A DNA stretch of 64,000 bases, from assembly GCA_964652605.1 (NCBI GenBank), contig CAZZBH010000004.1, positions 310 to 64,309 on the forward strand, in the 5' to 3' direction. The notes under the pieces are model-generated. The model was not told the origin of the DNA. It searched no databases and saw nothing but the letters and a program-made list of their open reading frames with translations. This document shows, piece by piece, positions 37,707 to 45,724 of this stretch. Origin of the DNA: an uncultured Planctomycetaceae bacterium (GTDB taxonomy: Bacteria; Planctomycetota; UBA8742; UBA2392). The translations under genes were made by a program, and so were the position numbers. Positions within the stretch are counted from its first letter, which is position 1. The number at the start of each line of letters is the position of its first letter.

Positions 37707-39047
37707 CTACGGCACCATGACTTCCGTCTGCTCTCCGCCGCGGCGCAGAATGGTCAGCTTGATTTCACCCTTTTGCTCGCCGAGCAGTTTCAGAAATGCC
37801 GTCAGATCCATCTCGGCCGTAACAACCTTGTCGCCGACCTGGATGATCACATCGCCGTTTTTCAGGCCGGCTTTGTCTGCCGGGCTGCCCTCCTGCGGGC
37901 GCTGGCTTAGCCGAAAGCCGGCATCGGCTTTGCCGCCGTAGCCGCTTTGCAGCAGATCTTTGTCCATCTTCAGCAGGCGCTCAACGCCGCGAAAGCCGCG
38001 CCACGGCGCAGGCGGCGGAACGGTCACCGCCATTCCCGGCTGCAGCGCCAGCTTGCTTTCGGCGTCACCGACCGCGCCGCCGATCTGTGTGATCGCGCCG
38101 TTGTCCTCATAGTGGCGCGAAATCGCCAGCTCGCACACGACTTCGCCCGCGGCATTGCGCACAGCCACCTTTTCGCCGATTGCCGGCACGGGGCCGCTTT
38201 TCACGTCGATCAGCACGAAGATGTCTTTCGTGGCTTCGCGGCGCGTGGCACCGGCGACGCTGCCGCTGAACGCTTCGGCTTCCGTCGCGGCGGGCATCCC
38301 GGCCAGCGCCTTCTGCATCGACTCACGGAAGACGGCGGGCGTGAACAGCACGCGGTTGCCCATCATGCGGGCCGGGTCACTAAGCCCGCCGATCATGCGG
38401 CCGATGCCGCCGGCAGCTTCGTCGCCCTTGCCGGGCTTCTGCCCCACCACGCCGATAGGCGTACCCTGCATCGTTATCACAAGCGCGCCGAGGCAGTCAT
38501 TGATCGAGCCATCCAGGCCGTAGTACTTTCCTTCTTCAACCACGGCGTTGATGCGCGCAGTTCGAAAGAAGCGGGCGAAGTTCAGCGTCGCGTCGTGCGC
38601 GCCGATGATGACCACCTCTTCGCCCAGTGCAGGCACTGCGGCATCGGCGCTGAACGCAACTCCGTTCGCACTGCCTTTGGCGGTGTACCATCGCAGGTTG
38701 TTTGCGCCGTCGGCCAGCGCCTCGGCTGCTTCATGCTCAGCCCCCGCGTGCAGCTTGAAGTTCTCAAGCACCGGCGCGGCGCCGCGACCCAGCATGCCCG
38801 CTGGGCTTGCGGCAAAGGGCTGGCCGCTCAGCAGCGCCAAGCCGCGTTCGCCAACCAGCACAGCGGTCGTGGATTGTTCGGTGTCGAGTTGCTGGCCCAT
38901 CACGTTCGTGCGCGAGTTCCAGGTCAGCACCGCGACCTTGCTTGCGTACTGTGCGTGCAGGGCGCGCAGTTGATCTGCGCGTGAATCCTGCGCGGCAACC
39001 GCACCCGCAGCCAGCACCATCACCAGTGCAGCCAACATTCTTGTCAT
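37707..39047 (-). CDS. Secreted PDZ-domain protein with degenerate trypsin/HtrA-like N-domain
   Basis: Signal peptide MTRMLAALVMVLAAGAVAAQ and a C-terminal PDZ (GSPADKAGLKNGDVIIQVGDKVV). Where HtrA has GNSGGAL this protein has NDCLGAL, so no catalytic Ser motif was seen. Confidence 0.75.
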   Translation of the reverse strand: MTRMLAALVMVLAAGAVAAQDSRADQLRALHAQYASKVAVLTWNSRTNVMGQQLDTEQSTTAVLVGERGLALLSGQPFAASPAGMLGRGAAPVLENFKLHAGAEHEAAEALADGANNLRWYTAKGSANGVAFSADAAVPALGEEVVIIGAHDATLNFARFFRTARINAVVEEGKYYGLDGSINDCLGALVITMQGTPIGVVGQKPGKGDEAAGGIGRMIGGLSDPARMMGNRVLFTPAVFRESMQKALAGMPAATEAEAFSGSVAGATRREATKDIFVLIDVKSGPVPAIGEKVAVRNAAGEVVCELAISRHYEDNGAITQIGGAVGDAESKLALQPGMAVTVPPPAPWRGFRGVERLLKMDKDLLQSGYGGKADAGFRLSQRPQEGSPADKAGLKNGDVIIQVGDKVVTAEMDLTAFLKLLGEQKGEIKLTILRRGGEQTEVMVP

Positions 39048-39062
39048 GAGAATCTCCTGGAA

Positions 39063-40046
39063 TCAACGCCGGCTGCGCGGGTTGCCGCCGCGGGGCGACC
39101 TTGGCGCACGTGGCCCCTTTGGGCCGCCACGACCAGGACGTTTGGGGCCCCCCGCACGCTTGGCGTGCACCCTTGCCGATGTCTGTTTCTGTCCACCCCT
39201 ACTGGTCGTGCGGGCGCCGATTTTCTTTCGCTTGAACCCGGTTTCCCTGTCGTCGCGGCGGAAACTGGCTGGGTTTACAGGCTCGTTCTCGTACTCAAGC
39301 TTGCCCGCTTCGGCATCTTCGGCGTAGCTCAGCAGCACCCGCACTTCGTCGCCGCGCAGCTTGCGCACCGCGCCCAGCGGAAGGTCCGAAAGCTCAACGC
39401 AACCGATGCGCTCGCGCGTGATTGATTTCAGCGAGTGACCGTATTTCAGAAAGATATCGCGCAACGACACCGGCAGTCCCGCGTACACCGTCAACAGTGC
39501 CTCCGATTTGCCCGCCGACTTGCTGGTCACGCGCAGCGGCTCAAAGCGCCCGCCGTTGAATGCGTAGTACAGGGCGCGCTCAATGTTCGGCACTGCCGGT
39601 TTGCCAAGGCTGTGTTCTACCACCACGCGATAAACTCGCGGCACCTTGTAGCGCGGGTGCGTCAGCAGATTTGCCACGCGGCCATCGTTGGTAATCAACA
39701 TCAGGCCGCGCGAGTGCTTGTCCAGCCTGCCGACACTGAACAGCCGGCCGTTGTCGCCGGGTATCAGCTCGCGAAATGCCTCTTCGCTGTCCACGTCCGT
39801 AAAGGCCTGTCCGTCGCGCTTGTTCAGGATCCAGTACGCGGCTTTGGGCATCCGCAGTCGCTCGCCGTCCACGGTGATGACGTCGCGCATCGGGTCAGCG
39901 CGCACTCCCAGCACGCTGACGGTCTGGTCGTTGACAGTGACGCGGCCTTCGACGATCAGTTCTTCGCAGGCGCGGCGCGAGCCGTAGCCGGCGCGCGCGA
40001 GCAGTTTTTGCAGACGTTCCCTTGAAGCATCTTCAGGCGAGGACAT
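39063..40046 (-). CDS. rluB: Pseudouridine synthase, RsuA/RluB family, with Arg/Gly-rich C-tail
   Basis: S4 domain RLQKLLARAGYGSRRACEELIVEGRVTVN and the catalytic motif GRLDKHSRGLMLITNDG. ATG 40046 was chosen. Confidence 0.85.
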   Translation of the reverse strand: MSSPEDASRERLQKLLARAGYGSRRACEELIVEGRVTVNDQTVSVLGVRADPMRDVITVDGERLRMPKAAYWILNKRDGQAFTDVDSEEAFRELIPGDNGRLFSVGRLDKHSRGLMLITNDGRVANLLTHPRYKVPRVYRVVVEHSLGKPAVPNIERALYYAFNGGRFEPLRVTSKSAGKSEALLTVYAGLPVSLRDIFLKYGHSLKSITRERIGCVELSDLPLGAVRKLRGDEVRVLLSYAEDAEAGKLEYENEPVNPASFRRDDRETGFKRKKIGARTTSRGGQKQTSARVHAKRAGGPKRPGRGGPKGPRAPRSPRGGNPRSRR

Positions 40047-40299
40047 GGCAAGCTTTCTTGCGACGCGCTGCTCCCCGTCGCGCAGCCGTCCCGGACGCGC
40101 GCGGGCCGTGCCGCAGGGGCCATACAGATAGAGGAAAGCCCGCAACCCGCAAGGGGCCGTCGCACGCCACGAGTAACCGCCGCGCGCTTTGGGTGAGCGG
40201 CACGCAGGTCGTCGTTCGAAAGGCCACGCTTCAAATGCTGCTTTGTGCCGTTAGCATGATCGTACTAGAGGCACTACATGGACGGGCCGGAGGCAGAGC

Positions 40300-42099
40300 A
40301 TGCGACTTGCATTGACACTGTTGTTATTGACGGGGATGGGGTTTGCAGGCTGGGCTGGAGTCAGCTGGTCCCAGGAAGCTGAGACCGAGCTGGAAGAAAT
40401 CCGGCAGGCGCCGCGGCCAATTGACCCACGTGAGTGGCGCGTCGGCCAGTTGATCGACGACGTCAAGTTCATGGATATCACAGGCAAAGCCGGCACCCTT
40501 GCCGACTACAAGGGCAAGCTGCTGGTGGTTGCGATTACCAATGCAAGCTGCCCGATCTGCAAGCGCTTTGCTCCCTCACTCAATGACATTCACGCGGCGT
40601 ACAAAGACAGGGGCGTCGAGTTTCTATTGCTCAACCCGATGGAGCACGAATCGCTGGAGGACTGCCGCCAAGCCGTTGAGCGCTACGGGTTCACCGCCCG
40701 CTATGCGCGCGATATCAAAGCCACCATGGCGCGCGCGCTGAAGGCCGACACCACCGGCGACTGCTTTGTGCTGGATGGCGCGCGCACTCTGCGCTACCGC
40801 GGCGCGGTCAGTGACCAGTACGGTTTCGGCTACAGTCTTGACCAGCCGCGCGTCACCTATCTGCGGGACGCGCTGGACGCACTGCTTGCTGGCAACGAAG
40901 TGTTCACGCCGGCGACCTGGGCACCCGGGTGCGAGCTTGAGCTTGAGCCTGCCAAGCCCAGCGGCGACATCACCTGGCACAACCGCATCAGCCGCATCGT
41001 GCAGAACAACTGCGAATCCTGCCACCGCGACGGCGAAAACGGCCCGTTCGAGCTGACGACGTACAGGGACGTCAAGGGCAACAGCGCCATGATCAAGCGC
41101 CAGGTGCGGCAGCGATTGATGCCGCCCTGGTTTGCCAACCCAGCGCACGGCGACTGGTCCAACGACGCCAGCCTCAGCGACGCCGACCGCGAAGACTTCA
41201 TTGCCTGGATCGACAGCGGATGCCCCGAGGGCGACGCCAAGGATGCACCGCTGCCGCGCAATTGGGCCGACGGCTGGAAGATTGACAAGCCCGAAGTGGT
41301 GCTGGAAATCCCGGCCAAGGTGAAGATCAAGAAGCAGGGCAAGATCGACTACGTGCGCGTTTCGCTCACAACGAACTTCGAAGAAGACAAGTGGGTGCAG
41401 GCGATGGAAATCCGCCCCACAGCGCCACAGAACGTCCACCACGTGCTGGTGTTTCTCGAGTATCCCAAGGATCACCCACGCGCCGCGGAGCAGCCTCGCG
41501 ACCATGACGGCCTGCGCGGCTATTTCATGGGACAGGTGCCGGGTATGGGCCACGTGGTGTTCCCGCCGGGCATGGGCAAGTTCCTGCCCAAGGGCGCACG
41601 CATGCATTTCCAGATTCACTACGTGACCAACGGTGTCGAGGCCGAAGACCGCACACGCATCGGCATGACCTTCTGCAAGGAAAAACCGAAGATCGAAGTA
41701 GAAACGCGCGGCATTGCCAACCCTTTCTTCGAGATTCCGCCAGGCGCGGACAACCATGAAGTGAAGGCCATGTTCACGCTACCCAAGAAGATGCGCCTGC
41801 TTTCGCTGATGCCGCACATGCACGTGCGCGGCAAGGCCTACCGCTATGTCGCACAGTTCCCGGACGGTACAGAGCAGACACTGCTTGACGTCCCGCGCTA
41901 TGACTTCAACTGGCAGTTGCTGTACATCCTGCGCGAGCCGATTGACCTTCCCAAAGGCACCAAGATCGTCGCCACCGGCTGGTTCGACAACAGCGACAAG
42001 AACCCCGCCAACCCCGACCCAACTAAGGCGGTTCGGTTCGGCGAGCAAACCTGGGACGAAATGCAGATCGGCTACGTCAACTGGCACGCGCTTGAATAG
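40300..42099 (+). CDS. Secreted fusion: thioredoxin/redoxin-like (CPIC) + CxxCH haem-binding motif + PHM/DBH-like copper monooxygenase-like domain
   Basis: Signal peptide MRLALTLLLLTGMGFAG, LLVVAITNASCPICKRF, NNCESCHRDG, then HHVLVFLEY and MPHMHVRGKAY, which resemble the CuH (HH) and CuM (HxH) sites of copper type II ascorbate-dependent monooxygenases. Confidence 0.75.
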   Translation: MRLALTLLLLTGMGFAGWAGVSWSQEAETELEEIRQAPRPIDPREWRVGQLIDDVKFMDITGKAGTLADYKGKLLVVAITNASCPICKRFAPSLNDIHAAYKDRGVEFLLLNPMEHESLEDCRQAVERYGFTARYARDIKATMARALKADTTGDCFVLDGARTLRYRGAVSDQYGFGYSLDQPRVTYLRDALDALLAGNEVFTPATWAPGCELELEPAKPSGDITWHNRISRIVQNNCESCHRDGENGPFELTTYRDVKGNSAMIKRQVRQRLMPPWFANPAHGDWSNDASLSDADREDFIAWIDSGCPEGDAKDAPLPRNWADGWKIDKPEVVLEIPAKVKIKKQGKIDYVRVSLTTNFEEDKWVQAMEIRPTAPQNVHHVLVFLEYPKDHPRAAEQPRDHDGLRGYFMGQVPGMGHVVFPPGMGKFLPKGARMHFQIHYVTNGVEAEDRTRIGMTFCKEKPKIEVETRGIANPFFEIPPGADNHEVKAMFTLPKKMRLLSLMPHMHVRGKAYRYVAQFPDGTEQTLLDVPRYDFNWQLLYILREPIDLPKGTKIVATGWFDNSDKNPANPDPTKAVRFGEQTWDEMQIGYVNWHALE

Positions 42100-42122
42100 C
42101 CGACTCGTGGCATGATGCAGAA

Positions 42123-43202
42123 GTGAGTGACACCAACCCATTCGCGCTGCAACGCGCGCTGCCGCAACTGGTGGTGCCGCACGTGGCGTTGGGCGATTAC
42201 CCGACATCCGTGGAAGCGCTGCCCGGCACAAACGACACCTGGCTGAAGCGCGAAGACGCATCATCGGTAATCTACGGCGGCAACAAGCTGCGGACGCTGG
42301 AGACGCTGCTGGGCGACGCAATGCAGCGCGACGCGCGATCGGTCTGGACGCTTGGCGCGTACGGCAGCAACCAGGCGGTCGCGTGCATCCTGCATGCCCG
42401 CCGCCTGGGCCTGCACAGCGGCGCGGTGCTGTTTCCGCAGCGCGCCACACCGACGGGGGCCGAGAATCTTCTTGTCGCGTTGTCACACGGCGACGACGTG
42501 CGCTGCCTGCGCAGCATTGCCACGTTTCCGCTGCACTGGCTTCAGCGCCGCCGCGCTCATCCACGCGACTACCTGATCGTGCCCGGCGGCGCGGTGCCGC
42601 TTGGCGCGCTCGGGCACGTCAGTGCAGCGCTGGAGGTCGCGCAACAAGTGCAAGTCGGACTGATGCCGCCGCCTGCGCACATTGTGCTGGCTGTGGGCAG
42701 CACGTGCACGACCGCGGGGCTGCTGGTCGGGCTGGCGCTGGCGCGAAAACTTGGCATGTGGCCGTGGGAGCTGCCGCTGGTGCATGCCGTGCGCGTGACG
42801 CCGTGGCCGGTGACGGCAAGCTTCCGCATTCTTTCACTGGCGCGTGCAACAGCGGGTGACATGGAGCAACGAGGCGGCCCGAAGGTTGAGCCAGACCCGC
42901 GCCTGCTGCGCCTGCACACCCGCTACTTCGGCTGGGGTTATGCACGCGTAACCCGCGACGGTCTTGCGGCGGCAGAGCGGTTCAGCCGGCTTCACGCGCC
43001 TCCGCTGGACACTACCTATGCGGCCAAGGCGGGGTCAGCGCTGCTTGGCGAGATCGGCGCGCTGCCGGGGCCCAAGCTGTTCTGGTGCACGAAAAGCAGC
43101 GCGCCGATGCCGCCGGCGGACCGGCAGAAAGTCGAAGCCGCCCCCGCCTTCCTGCGCCGCTGGCTAGCCCGCGCAAGCCGGGTACCAGACACGCTCCGCT
43201 GA
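42123..43202 (+). CDS. PLP-dependent enzyme, ACC deaminase / D-cysteine desulfhydrase family
   Basis: IYGGNKLRTLETLL (the GGNKxRKLE motif carrying the PLP lysine) and a fold-type II length and pattern. Confidence 0.75.
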   Translation: MSDTNPFALQRALPQLVVPHVALGDYPTSVEALPGTNDTWLKREDASSVIYGGNKLRTLETLLGDAMQRDARSVWTLGAYGSNQAVACILHARRLGLHSGAVLFPQRATPTGAENLLVALSHGDDVRCLRSIATFPLHWLQRRRAHPRDYLIVPGGAVPLGALGHVSAALEVAQQVQVGLMPPPAHIVLAVGSTCTTAGLLVGLALARKLGMWPWELPLVHAVRVTPWPVTASFRILSLARATAGDMEQRGGPKVEPDPRLLRLHTRYFGWGYARVTRDGLAAAERFSRLHAPPLDTTYAAKAGSALLGEIGALPGPKLFWCTKSSAPMPPADRQKVEAAPAFLRRWLARASRVPDTLR

Positions 43203-43304
43203 ATGTGATGGCAGTTTTCTCCGGAATTCCCGCACGCAATTTCGCCTTTCGCGACATCTACCGTTGCAGGCACCCCCCAAGCGACTAAAATGGAGAGAAC
43301 TGTC

Positions 43305-44975
43305 ATGAAGAAACTTTACCCACTGATTCTTGCAGGAGCATTGTTGCTGGCGGCGCAGGCGGCGTCCGCGCAGGCAACGCTTCAATCCATCATTCTTAGC
43401 CACTTTGACGTGGTCGCTTCATCCCCGCCGACTTTGGTTCCGTTGAATGGCATCGCGCGGGTGGCGGCCCGGGATGTCAGGGACGATTGCATGGCCGCAC
43501 CACCCCAGGGCTTGAACTGGACACAAGGCTCAATCGCTACCGTCACCGTAACCGGCTCGATCGGCCCGGTTGAGGTCACGGTCAGTCTGGGGTCGTACAC
43601 CGAGGCGAACGACGACCGCATCCTGCTGGTAGTGGGGATGGACGGCATCTTTTTCGGGGCCGGCAGTGACGGCGAAGACGTAACCGCCGAAACGACGGGC
43701 AGCAACTCCAGCGCGTACGCCGTGGCCGGAGACGGCAACGGCGCCGGCAACGGCGGTGCCGCCGAGGCGATTGCGGCAGGTGGCGACGCAGAGGCCTACG
43801 GCGGATACTCGCTGGACGGAGATGGCGGCGACGCGACAGCGTCAACCGACCCAACCAGCCCCGACCCGACGGCAGTGGCAATCGGAGGTTCAGTGACCGA
43901 TCCTGCCACGCCGGGCGACGGCGGCGACGCCACCGTTCCCACTTGCGGCGGCGCATGCAAGGCATTTGGCGGAAACGCCGGGGGTAGCGGATCCGGAGGC
44001 GCCGCGATCATAGCGGGAACAGTGACCCCTGCCGGCGGAGCGGCGCAGGCCGTAGGCGGTGACAGCCCATTAGGCCCCGGCGGCTTGGCCAGGGCGACCA
44101 GTAGCGTCGATGCGGTGGCAGCGGGCGGTCAGGGCGGTGATGTATCGGACGGTGGCGAAGCTCGCGCGAATTCGTTTCACGGCGATGCCACCGCAACGGG
44201 CGGCAACGCGACAGACAGCGGCAACGGGGGCGCAGCCTACACCGACACCACCTGGTCGAACGGCACCGGCCACGCGCACAGTGTGGGCGGTACCTCGGGG
44301 GGAGGTGACGGCGGGCTGGCGGAGGCCCTCAGCCTCGGAAGGGCGACGGCCGAAGGCGGAGAGGCGTTCGGGGCCGGAGACGGCGGACTCGCCAGCGCCA
44401 GGTGCATTGGCCAGGCGCAACCTGACCTCGCTGAGGCCTTTGGAGGCACGTCATTCAACGGGGCGGGCGGCTACGCGTTTGCGCGCAGTGAGTTCGGCAA
44501 CGGTGATTTCGCGATAGCTTACGGCGGCGACAGCACCAACGGCGTTGGCGGCATCGGGGAAACCCTGGGCGACGTCGGCAACGCCTATTCGGTTGGTGGC
44601 AATTCGGTGAACAGCCATGGCGGGGCCGCCTTCGCGACGGCGGGCAGCAGCGCGTGGGCCTACGGCGGAAGCTCCGCGGTTATTGGCAACGGCGGTGCGG
44701 CAGGCGCCTTGGCGACCAATGGCAACGCGTTCGCCGCAGGCGGTGGCGCCGTGGACGGCAACGGCGGGAATGCCCGCTCGCTGTCGCTGGCCGGCAACGC
44801 GACAGGCACAGGCGGTGCCACGGACGAGGGCAACGGGGGGCACGCGGCGGTCGGTGCAGCCGGCCACGCCCACGGCATCGGCGGCGCTCCCGCAACCGAA
44901 GGCAACGGGGGACATGCCCTCGTTGACACGAGTTGGGTCAACGTGATCGGCGTCGTCGGGTCTTTGCGTCTCTAA
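43305..44975 (+). CDS. Secreted glycine-rich repeat protein (module A, N-terminal part; ends at an in-frame TAA)
   Basis: Signal peptide MKKLYPLILAGALLLAAQAASAQA and a ~110-aa non-repetitive domain, followed by dozens of A-x-GG-x-[AS]-x(2-4)-G-x-GG-x-A type repeats. Confidence 0.75.
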   Translation: MKKLYPLILAGALLLAAQAASAQATLQSIILSHFDVVASSPPTLVPLNGIARVAARDVRDDCMAAPPQGLNWTQGSIATVTVTGSIGPVEVTVSLGSYTEANDDRILLVVGMDGIFFGAGSDGEDVTAETTGSNSSAYAVAGDGNGAGNGGAAEAIAAGGDAEAYGGYSLDGDGGDATASTDPTSPDPTAVAIGGSVTDPATPGDGGDATVPTCGGACKAFGGNAGGSGSGGAAIIAGTVTPAGGAAQAVGGDSPLGPGGLARATSSVDAVAAGGQGGDVSDGGEARANSFHGDATATGGNATDSGNGGAAYTDTTWSNGTGHAHSVGGTSGGGDGGLAEALSLGRATAEGGEAFGAGDGGLASARCIGQAQPDLAEAFGGTSFNGAGGYAFARSEFGNGDFAIAYGGDSTNGVGGIGETLGDVGNAYSVGGNSVNSHGGAAFATAGSSAWAYGGSSAVIGNGGAAGALATNGNAFAAGGGAVDGNGGNARSLSLAGNATGTGGATDEGNGGHAAVGAAGHAHGIGGAPATEGNGGHALVDTSWVNVIGVVGSLRL

Positions 44976-45647
44976 GGCGGCAATGGCGCGGGCAACGGGG
45001 CCGGGATCGGCGCGGGCGGCAACGCCGGATGGCCGTGGCCGTCGCCCGTCATCTTCCCGTACACGCAAACACTCGTTTGCACGGGCGACTGTGAGTGCTA
45101 CGGCGGGAACGGATCAGGCTCAGGGGCAGGCGGCAGCGCGCACGCACGCAGCGCAACGGGCGACGCGACGGCATTGGGAGGCAGCGCTGACGACGCCAAT
45201 GGCGGCAATGCCACGGCGACGGCCTTTGAGAACGCGTTCGCGACAGGTGGGGACGCGAATCCCACTGGTGCGAACAACCGATTTGGAGGCACTGCAAATG
45301 CAACCAGCAATACGACCACGGCTGGCTCATTCGTGGCGGAGGCACGCGGCGGCGAAGGGAACACGGGTGGCATTGCACACGCAACGGTATTGTCATCCGG
45401 CGGATTCGCTCACGCGCTTGGTGGCCATGGTATTGACCCGTCAAGCACTCCGGGAGGCTCTACCGGCGGTGATGCCTCGGCAACTGGAGTGTCCGGTTCA
45501 TCGTCTCATGCGCATGCCGGCGATGCCGCGGGACCGGGGCTTGGGAACGGTGGTGACGCCAACGCAATCGGCCCGGGACCGACCACACTTAATTTCGGAC
45601 CCGTTGGGCATGTGGGCGGCGATTCGGGAGTGGTGAACTGGCCGTAG
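44976..45647 (+). CDS. Continuation of module A glycine-rich protein downstream of a single in-frame TAA (possible pseudogene fragment)
   Basis: Same frame as 43305..44975, with no ATG/GTG/TTG before 45174. The stretch ...CTGDCECYGGNGSGSGAGG... aligns to ...CAGFCECYGGNGSGSGRGG... in paralog 47897..48814. Both end in WP. Confidence 0.6.
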   Translation, partial: GGNGAGNGAGIGAGGNAGWPWPSPVIFPYTQTLVCTGDCECYGGNGSGSGAGGSAHARSATGDATALGGSADDANGGNATATAFENAFATGGDANPTGANNRFGGTANATSNTTTAGSFVAEARGGEGNTGGIAHATVLSSGGFAHALGGHGIDPSSTPGGSTGGDASATGVSGSSSHAHAGDAAGPGLGNGGDANAIGPGPTTLNFGPVGHVGGDSGVVNWP

Positions 45648-45724
45648 GCGATCAGGGGGCAGGTGCACTTGCATCTGCCCCCTCTGCCACTTGTCCGTAT
45701 CGTGCAAGTGGGCGGAGGTTAGAC

